Position numbers and translations under genes: made by a program. Positions 20,449 through 31,945 of a stretch of DNA of 64,000 bases are shown piece by piece (position 1 is the stretch's first letter; each line of letters begins with the position of its first letter). Under the pieces are notes generated by a model. The model saw only the letters and a program-made list of their open reading frames with translations, did not search any database and was not told where the DNA came from. Origin of the DNA: Cyanobium sp. CZS25K (GTDB taxonomy: Bacteria; Cyanobacteriota; Cyanobacteriia; PCC-6307; Cyanobiaceae); NCBI GenBank assembly GCA_030373325.1, contig JAUCZB010000003.1, forward strand, positions 60,661 through 124,660, given 5' to 3'.

Positions 20449-21490
20449 TCAATAGCCGATCAGGTACCGGCTGCGCTGGTGAAGCCGTCGCTTCAGTGTC
20501 TCGGCCAGCCCAATGGAGATGCCAAGGATGAGCAGCGTTTTGAGCAGGAAGATCAAGGGCCCTGGAGCGAAGGCGAGGTGGCGCTCCATCGAGAGCCTCT
20601 GGAAGGCCAGCAGCACCCAGGGGTGAATGAAATAGATGCCAAAGCTGATCGAGGCGAGATAGCTCAACAGGGGTATGGATCGGCTCTCAAGCTTGGCCAG
20701 GACAGACAGGAGAAAGAAGATGATCAACAGTTTCTGAAGAATATTCAAATCGAATCCTGCATAGGAGACGATCGCTGATTTGTGATAATTGCCGTAGCTG
20801 CCGGTGACATGGACCTGAAGGGCCGACAGCGCCACTGTGGCCAGTCCCAGGTGCAGGCTTTTGGATTTGATGGCATCGGCTATGGCCTTCTGGTGCATCG
20901 CGTAGATGATTCCCAGCAGGTAAATCGGCGTAAAGTAGATCACCGAATGAATGGGTGAGAGATTGTGCCATGGACGGTGAACCAACATGGACACCACGAT
21001 CAAGGCAGAGAAGATGGTGAGCTGAATCTTCAGCGAAAGCTTGATGTACTGCAGAAACAGGGGCGAGGCCGCGAAGATGAGCATGATGAACGGAATGTAC
21101 CAATAGCCTGTCAGTGCCTCGGCGGTGCCTTGCCAAAAAACAGGAGATAGTGCAGCAGTGTGCTGATCACTGGATGGTCCATTGCCGTCGCGGGAGGACC
21201 ATGGCGAATCAAGGTCGCCAGAAACCTCAGGCTGGACAGCACCACATAGGGCAGCAGAACGATTCTTCCCCTTTTGGCCAGAAAGCGTCTGAGCTTGAAT
21301 TTCGGAGCGTAGACGCGATGAAAGAAGAAACCCGAGATGAAAACGAAAAGCGCGGTGGATCCTGTGATCAGATTGGCAACACCCTTTCCGTAAAGGTGTC
21401 AATTCCCCATGGATAATAACAATGCCCCGCAACAATCATAACGATCGCGACGCCTCTGAAATAGTCAAAATGACGGATTCTAGCGCCCAA
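20449..21490 (-). pseudogene. Acyltransferase-3 (OafA-like) gene with two frameshifts
   Basis: Three frames give 'FDYFRGVAIVMIVAGH', then 'ANLITGSTALFVFISGFFFH...LLPY', then 'YWYIPFI...SFGIYFIH'; shifts near 21382 and at the A6 run 21135-21140; low GC. Confidence 0.8.
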
Positions 21491-21734
21491 AAGATGTTGC
21501 GCTTTTGCTTTTCTGCTCTAGCACAGATTGATGATCAAGGAATGGCCATGGCCCGCGGCAGGTGCGCTGGCAGGTGGATGAGGTGTCGAGGGAGAGAAGC
21601 AGCTCCTCCAAGGCGGATGTCAGCCCAGCATGGTCCATCCAGCCGGCTGGCTCTCGGAACGCACCACTGTTCTCTTGCCGCTCAACCGCCGCTGCCAGCT
21701 GATCGACATTGCCCGCCCGCCTTCATGGCTCCAG

Positions 21735-21832
21735 GCATCGTCGTAGTGGGCTGTGGGGGGGAACAACGGCGCACTTTTCTTGAGGGTGATGAAGAGCACG
21801 TCGCCACGGGAGGCCGCATCGAAACACGCGCC
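21735..21832 (-). pseudogene. Very short remnant resembling a DUF3427 domain
   Basis: Translates GACFDAASRGDVLFITLKKSAPLFPPTAHYDDA, resembling 'D.LF(I/V)TL.KSE..FSP.T.Y.D' as recalled for DUF3427. Confidence 0.4.
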
Positions 21833-21834
21833 CC

Positions 21835-23154
<1,320 letters not shown>

Positions 23155-23258
23155 CTATGGGGCCTCTCCGCCCCTGCCTGTGTTCCCGGCGCCACCGCGG
23201 CTGGGTGGCCCGGCCCGGCAGTCCCTTGGTCAGAATGGCCCGAGCTGGCCCATCACCG

Positions 23259-23660
23259 ATGCGACTCCTCCACACCATGCTCAGGGTGGGCGATCTGGAG
23301 CGCTCCCTTCGCTTCTACACCGAGGTGCTGGGCATGAAGCTGCTGCGCCGCAAGGACTACCCCTCCGGGGCCTTCACCCTGGCCTTCGTGGGCTACGGCG
23401 ATGAGAAGGACACCACCGTCCTGGAGCTGACCCACAACTGGGACACCAGCGCCTATGCGATCGGCACGGGGTTCGGCCATCTGGCCATCGGGGTCGATGA
23501 CATCCACGGCACCTGCGCGGCCATCGCCGCCAAGGGGGGGCGGGTGGTGCGCGAACCCGGTCCGATGCAACACGGCACCACGGTGATCGCTTTCGTGGAG
23601 GATCCGGATGGCTACAAGGTGGAACTGATCCAGACGTCGTCTCGGCCCGATGCGCACTGA
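23259..23660 (+). CDS. gloA: Lactoylglutathione lyase (glyoxalase I)
   Basis: '[13 protein letters not shown]', 'LELTHNW', '[11 protein letters not shown]'. Confidence 0.95.
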   Translation: MRLLHTMLRVGDLERSLRFYTEVLGMKLLRRKDYPSGAFTLAFVGYGDEKDTTVLELTHNWDTSAYAIGTGFGHLAIGVDDIHGTCAAIAAKGGRVVREPGPMQHGTTVIAFVEDPDGYKVELIQTSSRPDAH

Positions 23661-26505
23661 CCCCCGCCTGCGCGACGACCGGGGGCCGGAGGGTGCGCCG
23701 GCCAGCCTCACCAGCGACCCCGACCGCTTCAGTGACGCCGCCTGGGATCTGCTGATCGCCTCCCAGGAGCAGGCGCGGCGTTGGCGCCACGGCTCCATGG
23801 ATGTGGAGCATCTGCTGCTCACCCTGCTGATGAACCGGCGCTTCTCCGCCTGGGTGAACCCCCTGCCGCTCGACGAGGACCGCCTGCTGGACCGGCTGGA
23901 AACCTTCTGTGCCGAACAGCCGGACGGCGGCGGCGGCACGCTCTACATCGGCGATGCCCTCGAGGATCTGCTGGAGGAGGCCGACCGTCGCCGCGCCGCC
24001 TGGGGATCCCGCCTGCTGGATGTGCCCCACGTGCTGCTGGCCCTGCTGGCGGACCCCCGGATCGGGGCCTCCCTGCTGGCGGAGGAGGGGTTGAGCGAGG
24101 ATCTGCTGCTGCGCCAGTGGCGGCCGCTGCCGGCGGCGGCGGAGCCGTCCGTCCCGGCGCCGGCCGCAGCCGCAGCGGTCGCCGCACCGGTCCCATCCCC
24201 AGCCTCGCCGCCGCCGACTCCGATGGCGTCGCCGCGATCGGCGCCGGGGGGGGAGACCCCCATGACCCTGCAGCGGGAGGAAGACCCCGAGCCCGGCGCC
24301 CTGGCCCGCTACGGCCGCGACCTCACCGCCGCCGCCCGCGCCGGCGAACTCGATCCGGTGGTGGGAAGGGACCCGGAGATCCGCCGTCTCATCCAGGTGC
24401 TCTCCCGCCGCAGCAAGAACAACCCGGTGCTGATCGGGGAGCCCGGCGTCGGCAAGACCGCCGTGGCCGAATCCCTGGCCCAGCGGATCGTGGCCGGTGA
24501 GGTGCCCGATGCGCTGCGGGGCCTGCGGCTGATCGCCCTGGATCTGGGGGCCCTGATCGCCGGGGCCAAGTTCCGCGGCCAGTTCGAGGAGCGCCTGCGC
24601 AGCGTGCTGGCCGAGGTCCGCGACAACGATGGCGCCAGAAGCGAGCACGGGGGGGGCGGCCGTAGCGGCGGTGTGGTGCTGTTCATCGACGAACTGCACA
24701 CCGTGGTGGGCAGCGACCGCTCCGGCGCCGATGCGGCCAGCATCCTCAAACCGGTGCTGGCCCGGGGCGACCTGCGCTGCATCGGCGCCACCACCCCCGA
24801 GGACTACCGGCGCAGCATCGAGAAGGATCCGGCCCTGGAGCGCCGTTTCCAGCAGGTGATGATCCGCGAACCCGACGGTCCCACCTGCCTGGAGATCCTG
24901 CGGGGGCTCAAAGAGCGCTACGAACTCCACCATGGCGTCACCATCACCGATGGGGCCCTGGTGGCGGCGTCACGGCTCGCGGCCCGCTACATCAGCGACC
25001 GCTGCCTGCCGGACTCGGCCATCGACCTGATCGACGAGGCCGCGGCGAACCTGCGCATGGAAGCCACCTCCAAGCCCCAGGTGGTGGAGGTGGCCGAGGC
25101 GGAACTGCGGCGGGTGGAACTCGACCTGCTGGCCGCCGAAGCGGCGCCGCTGGAGGAGCGTCTGCAGCTGCAGGAGCAGCGGCGCCTCGGCCAGGATCAG
25201 CTCGAACGTCTGCAGCGCCGCTGGGCAGGGGAGCGGGAGCGCCTGGCGGAACTGCGCGAGCTGCTGCAGCAGGACGAGGACCTGCGCCACGCGATCGCCG
25301 AGGCCGAGCGGGATGGGGATCTGGAGGAAGCGGCCCGTCTGCAGTACGACCAGCTGCACGGCCTGCAGCAGCGCCGTGCCGCCCTGGAGGCGGAACTGCG
25401 GAGCGATCCGCTGCTGCGGGAGCAGGTGGAGGAGGGGGACATTGCCGACGTGGTGGCCCGCTCGACCGGCATCCCCATCCAGAGGCTGCTGGCCGGCGAA
25501 CGCCAGAAGCTGCTGGAGCTGGAGCAGCGGCTCGCTGAACGGGTGATCGGCCAGCCGGAGGCGGTGGCGGCGGTGGCGGCCTCGATCCGCCGGTCCAGGG
25601 CCGGCATGCAGGCCCCCACCCGGCCGGTGGGGTCCTTCCTGTTTCTGGGGCCCACCGGCGTCGGCAAGACGGAACTGGCCAAGGCCCTGGCGGCGGCCCT
25701 CTTCGATGAGGAGGAGTCCCTGGTGCGGCTGGACATGAGCGAATTCATGGAGCGCAACGCCGTCGCCCGCCTGGTGGGGGCCCCCCCCGGCTATGTGGGC
25801 TACGAGGAAGGGGGCCAGCTCACCGAGGCCGTGCGCCGCCGCCCCTATGCGGTGCTGCTGCTCGATGAGGTGGAAAAGGCCCACCCCGACGTCTTCAATC
25901 TGCTGCTGCAGGTGCTCGATGACGGCCGTCTCACCGATTCCCAGGGACGCACGGTGGACTTCCGTCACACCGTGGTGATCATGACCAGCAATCTGGCCAG
26001 CCGCGCCATCCTGGAGCGGGCCCGCTCGGCCCCACCATCCTCTGACGCCGGCGGGAATCCGCCCCATGCCGAGGCCGAGGAGGCCCGGGAGCGCGCCCTC
26101 GATCTGGCGGTGGAGGAGGCCCTCGCGCGCCAGTTCCGCCCTGAATTCCTCAACCGCATCGACGAGGTGATCCGTTTCCGCCCCCTCGGCCGTGCCGATC
26201 TCGAGCGCATCGTGCGGCTGCAGCTGGCGGAGCTGGCCGTCCTGCTGCGGGAGCAGCATCTGGAGCTGGAACTGGACGAGGCCGTCGTGATGGCCCTGGC
26301 CGAGCAAGGCTATGAGCCGGAGTACGGGGCCCGGCCGCTCCGGCGTGTGCTGCGTCGTCGCATCGAGAACCCCCTGGCCACCGAATTGCTGGCGGATCAC
26401 TTCAGTGGCGCCAGGGGCGTGCGGCTGGAGCTCGGTGGTCCCGGGGAAGCGGACTTTCGCTTCGTCCCCCTGCCGGACGCCGGGGAAGCACGTCCGGTAG
26501 GGTGA
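23650..26505 (+). CDS. clpB: ClpB-family chaperone (cyanobacterial ClpB2 type)
   Basis: Two AAA modules ([16 protein letters not shown]), coiled-coil middle domain, pore loop GYVG. Confidence 0.93.
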   Translation: MRTDPRLRDDRGPEGAPASLTSDPDRFSDAAWDLLIASQEQARRWRHGSMDVEHLLLTLLMNRRFSAWVNPLPLDEDRLLDRLETFCAEQPDGGGGTLYIGDALEDLLEEADRRRAAWGSRLLDVPHVLLALLADPRIGASLLAEEGLSEDLLLRQWRPLPAAAEPSVPAPAAAAAVAAPVPSPASPPPTPMASPRSAPGGETPMTLQREEDPEPGALARYGRDLTAAARAGELDPVVGRDPEIRRLIQVLSRRSKNNPVLIGEPGVGKTAVAESLAQRIVAGEVPDALRGLRLIALDLGALIAGAKFRGQFEERLRSVLAEVRDNDGARSEHGGGGRSGGVVLFIDELHTVVGSDRSGADAASILKPVLARGDLRCIGATTPEDYRRSIEKDPALERRFQQVMIREPDGPTCLEILRGLKERYELHHGVTITDGALVAASRLAARYISDRCLPDSAIDLIDEAAANLRMEATSKPQVVEVAEAELRRVELDLLAAEAAPLEERLQLQEQRRLGQDQLERLQRRWAGERERLAELRELLQQDEDLRHAIAEAERDGDLEEAARLQYDQLHGLQQRRAALEAELRSDPLLREQVEEGDIADVVARSTGIPIQRLLAGERQKLLELEQRLAERVIGQPEAVAAVAASIRRSRAGMQAPTRPVGSFLFLGPTGVGKTELAKALAAALFDEEESLVRLDMSEFMERNAVARLVGAPPGYVGYEEGGQLTEAVRRRPYAVLLLDEVEKAHPDVFNLLLQVLDDGRLTDSQGRTVDFRHTVVIMTSNLASRAILERARSAPPSSDAGGNPPHAEAEEARERALDLAVEEALARQFRPEFLNRIDEVIRFRPLGRADLERIVRLQLAELAVLLREQHLELELDEAVVMALAEQGYEPEYGARPLRRVLRRRIENPLATELLADHFSGARGVRLELGGPGEADFRFVPLPDAGEARPVG

Positions 26506-26515
26506 TCGTTTGTCG

Positions 26516-26845
26516 ATGCCTGCCGACGTCACGGCGGACATCGGAATCCACGCCGTGGAACCCATTCCCCCAGCCACCACCACCACGAGCAGTCCCGATG
26601 GGCCCCTGGCCCAGAGGAACGGCATGCCCGAACCCGACGACGGTCCGGCTGGCCTCTCCTCCGAGGAGGGGGCCACCGGTTTCCTCTCCACCACCCTCGG
26701 GGAGCTGCGAAAAGTCGTCTGGCCGAGCCGTCAGCAGCTGTTCAGCGAGTCGGTGGCGGTGATCCTGATGGTGAGCCTTTCGGCCGCGGCGATCGCCGCG
26801 ATCGACCGCTTCTATCACTGGGGGTCGGCCCAGATCTTCCGTTGA
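26516..26845 (+). CDS. secE: Preprotein translocase SecE
   Basis: 'ELRKVVWPSRQQL' plus one TM helix, upstream of nusG; start uncertain. Confidence 0.92.
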   Translation: MPADVTADIGIHAVEPIPPATTTTSSPDGPLAQRNGMPEPDDGPAGLSSEEGATGFLSTTLGELRKVVWPSRQQLFSESVAVILMVSLSAAAIAAIDRFYHWGSAQIFR

Positions 26846-27534
26846 TGACCCTTCCCCTGTCTGCCGTGCCTGAGATCGAACCGGACGCCCCCGAGGTGCT
26901 GGAGCTCCCTGCCGAGGGCACCGACCCCGCTGCCGAGGGCAGTGCCGAGGCGCCCGAAGCCGCCAAGCCCCAGGTGGCCCGCTGGTTCGCCGTCCAGGTG
27001 GCCTCCAGCTGCGAGAAGAAGGTCAAGGCCACGCTGGAGCAGCGGGCCGTCACGCTGGGGGTCAGCAACCGGATCCTCGAGATCGAGATTCCCCAGACCC
27101 CCGGGGTCAAGTTGAAGAAGGACGGCAGCCGCCAGTCCATCGAGGAGAAGGTGTTCCCCGGCTATGTGCTGGTGCGCATGGTCCTCGATGAGGACACGAT
27201 GATGGCGGTGCGCAGCACCCCCAACGTCATCAACTTCGTGGGCCAGGAGGAGCGCCGCGCCACCGGCAAGGCCCGCGGCCACATCCGGCCCCGGCCCCTC
27301 AGCCGCCAGGAGGTCGACCGCATCTTCAAGCGTGCCGCCGAGAAGAAGCCCGTCCTCAAGGTCGACCTCACCGAGGGCGATCAGATCCTCGTCACGGCCG
27401 GTCCGTTCAAGGACTTCCAGGGCGAGGTGATCGAGGTCTCCGGCGAACGCAGCAAGCTGAAGGCCCTCCTGTCGATCTTCGGCAGGGAGACCCCGGTCGA
27501 GCTCGAGTTCTCCCAGATCAGCAAACAGAGCTGA
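26845..27534 (+). CDS. nusG: Transcription factor NusG
   Basis: 'FPGYVLV', KOW 'GPFKDFQGEV', 'IFGRETPVEL'. Confidence 0.97.
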   Translation: MTLPLSAVPEIEPDAPEVLELPAEGTDPAAEGSAEAPEAAKPQVARWFAVQVASSCEKKVKATLEQRAVTLGVSNRILEIEIPQTPGVKLKKDGSRQSIEEKVFPGYVLVRMVLDEDTMMAVRSTPNVINFVGQEERRATGKARGHIRPRPLSRQEVDRIFKRAAEKKPVLKVDLTEGDQILVTAGPFKDFQGEVIEVSGERSKLKALLSIFGRETPVELEFSQISKQS

Positions 27535-27631
27535 TCCAGCGGCGGCCGCCTCCCTGCGGAGGGCGGCCCCGGGCGGTCCCTTCCAGGGCCGCCATGCCGC
27601 CGGGCCGGCCACCGCCCCGGCGATCCGCAGT

Positions 27632-27681
27632 GCTCCCGCGAGGGAGTTCCGTCCCGCGCTCCCGCAAGGGAGTTCCGTCCC
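27632..27681 (+). repeat. Two tandem 24-nt units, each a GNRA-tetraloop hairpin, in the rplK leader
   Basis: GCTCCCGCGAGGGAGTTCCGTCCC (27632-27655) and GCTCCCGCAAGGGAGTTCCGTCCC (27658-27681). Confidence 0.85.
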
Positions 27682-27693
27682 CCTGCCCAGCCG

Positions 27694-28119
27694 ATGGCCA
27701 AGAAAGTCGTAGCTGTGATCAAGCTGGCCCTCCAGGCCGGCAAAGCGAACCCTGCACCACCGGTGGGCCCTGCCCTCGGTCAGCACGGGGTCAACATCAT
27801 GGCGTTCTGCAAGGAATACAACGCCCGCACCCAGGAGAAAGCCGGGTACGTGATCCCGGTGGAGATCTCGGTCTTCGAAGACCGCAGCTTCACCTTCATC
27901 ACCAAGACCCCGCCCGCCTCGGTGCTCATCTCCAAGGCGGCCGGCATCGACAAGGGTGCCGCCACCTCCGCCAAGGGATCCGTGGGTGCGATCTCGAAAG
28001 CTCAGCTCGAAGAGATCGCCAAGACCAAACTGCCCGACCTCAACTGCACCAGCGTTGAGTCGGCCATGCGCATCATCGAAGGCACCGCCCGCAACATGGG
28101 CGTCGCCGTCAAGGACTGA
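27694..28119 (+). CDS. rplK: 50S ribosomal protein L11
   Basis: '[23 protein letters not shown]'. Confidence 0.98.
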   Translation: MAKKVVAVIKLALQAGKANPAPPVGPALGQHGVNIMAFCKEYNARTQEKAGYVIPVEISVFEDRSFTFITKTPPASVLISKAAGIDKGAATSAKGSVGAISKAQLEEIAKTKLPDLNCTSVESAMRIIEGTARNMGVAVKD

Positions 28120-28156
28120 CCGGCAGCGGTCGTCGTTCCATTCCGTTCACCTATCC

Positions 28157-28187
28157 GGGGGAGACCGTCCACGGTCGTCCGCACCCC
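28157..28187 (+). promoter_or_regulatory. Putative L1-binding translational operator before rplA
   Basis: GGGGGAG-ACCG-TCCA-CGGT-CGTCCGC-ACCCC has the same layout as the L1 target in the E. coli L11 operon leader; 8 nt before the rplA ATG. Confidence 0.65.
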
Positions 28188-28195
28188 TTCCCGCC

Positions 28196-28903
28196 ATGAC
28201 GAAAATCTCCAAACGCTTCACGGCCCTGGCCGCCAAGGTCGAGGACCGCTCCTACGAGCCGCTCGAGGCCCTCGAGCTGGTCAAGGACACCGCCACCGCC
28301 CGCTTCGACGAGACCATCGAAGCCCACGTGCGGCTCGGCATCGATCCCAAGTACACCGACCAGCAGCTGCGCACCACCGTGGCCCTGCCCCATGGCACCG
28401 GCCAGACCGTTCGCATCGCGGTGATCGCCCGGGGCGAGAAGGTGGCCGAAGCCAAGGCCGCCGGCGCTGATCTGGCCGGCGATGATGAGCTGGTGGATCA
28501 GATCGCCGGTGGTTCCATCGACTTCGATCTGCTGATCGCCACCCCCGACATGATGCCGAAGGTGGCCAAGCTCGGCCGGGTTCTCGGTCCCCGCGGCCTG
28601 ATGCCGAACCCCAAGGCCGGCACCGTCACCACCGATCTGGGTGGCGCCATCAGCGAGTTCAAGGCCGGCAAGCTGGAGTTCCGGGCCGACCGGGCCGGGA
28701 TCGTCCACGTGCGTTTCGGCAAGGCCAGCTTTGACACCGCCAAGCTGCTGGAGAACCTCAAGGCCCTGCAGGAAACCATCGACCGCAACAAACCCAGTGG
28801 TGCCAAGGGCCGCTACTGGAGGAGCCTCTACGTCGCCTCCACCATGGGCCCTTCGGTCCAGGTCGACTTCTCCGCTCTCCAGGACATCAAGCAGGAGAGC
28901 TGA
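28196..28903 (+). CDS. rplA: 50S ribosomal protein L1
   Basis: 'FDETIE', 'LPHGTG', '[15 protein letters not shown]'. Confidence 0.98.
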   Translation: MTKISKRFTALAAKVEDRSYEPLEALELVKDTATARFDETIEAHVRLGIDPKYTDQQLRTTVALPHGTGQTVRIAVIARGEKVAEAKAAGADLAGDDELVDQIAGGSIDFDLLIATPDMMPKVAKLGRVLGPRGLMPNPKAGTVTTDLGGAISEFKAGKLEFRADRAGIVHVRFGKASFDTAKLLENLKALQETIDRNKPSGAKGRYWRSLYVASTMGPSVQVDFSALQDIKQES

Positions 28904-28912
28904 GCCACAGCC

Positions 28913-29569
28913 GTGGGTTCGTCGTCCTGGTTGCGGATCGGTGGCTGGGTGGCATTGCCACTCACGCTGCTGGTGCTGGGGTGGGGCCTGCGGACCAGGC
29001 CCGATCCCACTTCCATCGCCTCCCTGGCGCCGGAGCCTGGATCGCAGCCACCACGCGCGGCTGTGGTCACCTTCGTCGGCGATTCGCTCACGGCCCAGGG
29101 CGACTGGCAGGCGGCCTTCCCCGACCGGGTGGTGCACAACCAGGGCGTGAGCGGCGACACCAGTTTCCAGCTGATGGCCCGTCTGCCGTCCATCCGACAG
29201 ACGGGTGCCGGCACCTATCTGGTCATGGTCGGGATCAATGACATCGTCTGGGGCTACGACCCCGGCCGGGTCGCTGGCCGGATTCAATGGCTGCGAACGG
29301 GCCTTCAGCTCGGCACCGGCTCCCGGGTGATCATCCAGTCCACCATTCCCTGCGCCCGTTTCCGCTGTGGTGCTGACGGCGTTCGGAGGGTGGCGGAACT
29401 CAACCGCCTGCTCGCCCGACAGACTCCCCCCCAGGACTATGTCGATCTCACCGAGGTGATGGCGGATGGCAATGGCCTGAAGCGCGCCTACACGGTGGAT
29501 GGCGTCCATCTCAACGCCGCCGGTTACGCCCGTTGGCAGTCGCGGCTGCGGGAACTGGGCCTGCCGTGA
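28913..29569 (+). CDS. Membrane-anchored GDSL/SGNH hydrolase
   Basis: N-terminal TM; blocks GDSL, 'NQGVSGD', 'GIND', 'DGVHLN'. Confidence 0.88.
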   Translation: MGSSSWLRIGGWVALPLTLLVLGWGLRTRPDPTSIASLAPEPGSQPPRAAVVTFVGDSLTAQGDWQAAFPDRVVHNQGVSGDTSFQLMARLPSIRQTGAGTYLVMVGINDIVWGYDPGRVAGRIQWLRTGLQLGTGSRVIIQSTIPCARFRCGADGVRRVAELNRLLARQTPPQDYVDLTEVMADGNGLKRAYTVDGVHLNAAGYARWQSRLRELGLP

Positions 29570-29614
29570 TGTAGGTTGATCAACTGGATTCGTCCAGAAG
29601 GGCACGCGCCCCAC

Positions 29615-29775
29615 CCCAGACAGCAGGTTGTCAGCATCGCCGATCTTGATCGGTGGGTCGCTTTCGTAAGTCCTGCCGAGGTTCACGCGAATGGTTTTTG
29701 CCTGTGCTGGGGTCTCCGCCGGAGTCCCTCAGATCGGAGCGGAGCAATGAGCGGCCTCGAAGCCCTCCCTTCCGG
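29615..29775 (+). promoter_or_regulatory. L10 leader (rplJ autoregulatory RNA)
   Basis: 'CCAGACAGCAGG...TAAGTCCTGCCGAGG' core upstream of rplJ; boundaries approximate. Confidence 0.7.
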
Positions 29776-29829
29776 GGGGCCCGTCAGGGCCGCGTTCCCT
29801 GCTTGTTCCCCCGATCCGATCCACCTCCT

Positions 29830-30357
29830 ATGGGCCGCACGCTGGAGAACAAGCAACAGATCGTCGAAGAGCTCAAAGGGCTCCTCGGTGAAGCCGAATT
29901 GGCGCTGGTCCTTGATTACAAGGGCCTGACCATCAAGGAGATGACTGATCTGCGGACCCGTCTGCAGGCCAGCCAAGGCGTGTGCAAGGTGACCAAAAAC
30001 ACCTTGATGCGCCGTGCCATCGATGGTGACAGCGCCTGGTCGGATCTCGATTCCCTGCTCACCGGCACCAATGCCTTCGTCCTGGTCAAGGGCGATGTCG
30101 GCGGTGCGGTGAAGGCCCTGCAGTCCTTCCAGAAGGACACCAAGAAGTCGGACGTGAAGGGAGGCCTTTTCGAAGGCAAGCTCCTTTCCCCTGCCGACAT
30201 CCAGGCCATCGGGGATCTGCCCTCCAAGGAGGTGCTCATGGCCCAGATCGCCGGTGCGATCAACGGCCTGGCCACCAAGCTGGCCGTGGGCATCAATGAG
30301 GTTCCGTCCGGTCTCGCCAGGGCGCTCAAGCAGCACGCCGAATCCGGCGAAGGTTGA
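29830..30357 (+). CDS. rplJ: 50S ribosomal protein L10
   Basis: '[15 protein letters not shown]', 'DYKGLT', 'KVTKNTL', 'LPSKE'. Confidence 0.97.
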   Translation: MGRTLENKQQIVEELKGLLGEAELALVLDYKGLTIKEMTDLRTRLQASQGVCKVTKNTLMRRAIDGDSAWSDLDSLLTGTNAFVLVKGDVGGAVKALQSFQKDTKKSDVKGGLFEGKLLSPADIQAIGDLPSKEVLMAQIAGAINGLATKLAVGINEVPSGLARALKQHAESGEG

Positions 30358-30419
30358 GTTCGCCTTCCGCGAACCCCTGGGCTCCACCGATCCTCCCGTT
30401 CTGTTGCTGATTCCCCCCC

Positions 30420-30806
30420 ATGTCCGCTACCACCGACCAGATTCTCGAACAACTGAAGACCCTCTCCCTGCTTGAGGCTTCCGAGCTCGTCAAGCAGATC
30501 GAAGAGGCCTTCGGCGTTTCCGCCGCCGCTTCCGCCGGCGTCGTCATGGCCGCCGCCGCCCCCGGCGCGGCCGCTGAGGCTGCTGAAGAGCAGACCGAAT
30601 TCGACGTCATCCTCGATAGCTTCGATCCGGCTGCCAAGATCAAGGTGCTCAAGGCCGTCCGCGAGGCCACCGGCCTCGGCCTGGGCGAAGCCAAGGCCCT
30701 TGTGGAAGCCGCGCCCAAGGCCGTCAAGGAAGGCATCTCCAAGGACGATGCCGAAGCTCTCAAAAAGAGCATTGAAGAAGTGGGTGGCAAGGTCACCATC
30801 AAGTGA
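30420..30806 (+). CDS. rplL: 50S ribosomal protein L7/L12
   Basis: '[19 protein letters not shown]', 'EEQTEFDV', 'GLGLGEAK'. Confidence 0.98.
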   Translation: MSATTDQILEQLKTLSLLEASELVKQIEEAFGVSAAASAGVVMAAAAPGAAAEAAEEQTEFDVILDSFDPAAKIKVLKAVREATGLGLGEAKALVEAAPKAVKEGISKDDAEALKKSIEEVGGKVTIK

Positions 30807-30854
30807 CCGGCTGAAGCCGCCGCCACCGGGCTCGGCGGTTTCCCATCTTCCTTC

Positions 30855-30879
30855 GCCGGCCCTTTGTGGCCGGCTTTTT
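30855..30879 (+). terminator. Intrinsic terminator after rplL
   Basis: GCCGGCC-CTTTGT-GGCCGGC followed by TTTTT. Confidence 0.75.
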
Positions 30880-30910
30880 CATGGGACGCGCCGGACGCCG
30901 GGAGCCAGTC

Positions 30911-31009
30911 AAAAAAAAGAGCCCCGCCGAAGGCAGGGGCTCTGGAGATGGAACGATTCCGGGAGTCTGTCCTCGTTTCGACCCTGGAAGAGCGTCCTTC
31001 ACTCCTCAC
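30911..31009 (-). ncRNA. yfr2: Yfr2-family (Cyano-1 motif) small RNA with its own terminator
   Basis: Minus strand: -10-like TAATCT, 5' GTGAGGAGTG, stem TTCCAGGGTC/GACTCCCGGAA with 12-nt loop GAAACGAGGACA, then a GAGCCCC/GGGGCTC hairpin and T8. Confidence 0.75.
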
Positions 31010-31116
31010 CAGACCAGATTAAGGGGGTGGAAGCGGAGGTGCGAGGGGAACAGTCCGGTGATTCAACCGGCCCAGGTGCGGTTCCCCAGCGGGTCAGGCG
31101 AGGCCCTGAAGAGGGA

Positions 31117-31872
31117 TCAGAGCCCTCCGCCGTTGCTGTCGCTGTAGGGAATCACCTGAAGGGCGATCGCCCGACCGGGGCTCCTCGCCATAGGGGCGTC
31201 CTCGCCGAGGTCCAGCGTCGGGTCGGCTGCTGCCACGGCCGGGAGTTCGTCTCTGTCCGGGCCCAGCGGCCGCCGCCAGCTCTGGCCGGCAGCGGTGCCT
31301 CCAGCGCTGGCGATCAGCTGGGGCAGGGAGGTCTGACTGGCGAAGTAGAGGTGGCTCAGAGCCCTCTCCTCATAGGTTCGACGCTTCAGATCCCAGCCGG
31401 GCTCAAGCTTGAGGGCCACGAAGCCATCCCGATCGCGCAGGGGAACTTCGGCCCTGCCCACCACGAGGACGGCGGAGTTGGTGGAGGAGATGGCCTGCAG
31501 TTCCAGGCGGGATCCCAGCTGCTGAATCCGCAGCCGGTAGGTGGTGCCCAGGTCCTCGTCGGCGACCCGCAGGGAATAGCCGTTGCTGTCGAGATAGCGG
31601 CTGCAGATGCCGGTGAAGTCGAACCGGTTCAGGGTCGGATCCACCAGACCGTCAGGGCGTGCCTGCCAGCAGGCAGGTTGGGCGGCCAGCTGCTCGAGCA
31701 CCAGCAGGGTCCAGTCGTCGTCGCCCACAGGCCTGGCCAGGACCGCGAAGCGCTCGGCATCCACCTCGCTGCTCTGGAAGAGGCTGGCTGCCGCGGCCAG
31801 CCTGGGCTGAGCCATCGGCAGGGCTGCACCGGCCAGGGCCAGGCCCGCCAGGGCCAGGTAGGTTCGCTTCAT
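31117..31872 (-). CDS. DUF3747-family secreted protein
   Basis: Signal peptide; 'LLVLEQL....CW', '[19 protein letters not shown]'. Confidence 0.85.
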   Translation of the reverse strand: MKRTYLALAGLALAGAALPMAQPRLAAAASLFQSSEVDAERFAVLARPVGDDDWTLLVLEQLAAQPACWQARPDGLVDPTLNRFDFTGICSRYLDSNGYSLRVADEDLGTTYRLRIQQLGSRLELQAISSTNSAVLVVGRAEVPLRDRDGFVALKLEPGWDLKRRTYEERALSHLYFASQTSLPQLIASAGGTAAGQSWRRPLGPDRDELPAVAAADPTLDLGEDAPMARSPGRAIALQVIPYSDSNGGGL

Positions 31873-31945
31873 GGAAACACCTCCAGGACCCGGGCGTTCT
31901 CCGGGAGAGAGGGTCCAATTCAAGCGATGCTGTCAAGAGACCTCC

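Noticed and set aside
27632-27681. Mini CRISPR array
   Set aside because: Only two units with a 2-nt spacer and no cas genes
30799-31002. 67-aa ORF on the minus strand
   Set aside because: It runs through a terminator and is better explained by the Yfr2-like RNA
31001-31011. Yfr1 sRNA (ACTCCTCAC on +)
   Set aside because: It lacks the full ACTCCTCACAC motif, and promoter and terminator polarity point to the minus strand
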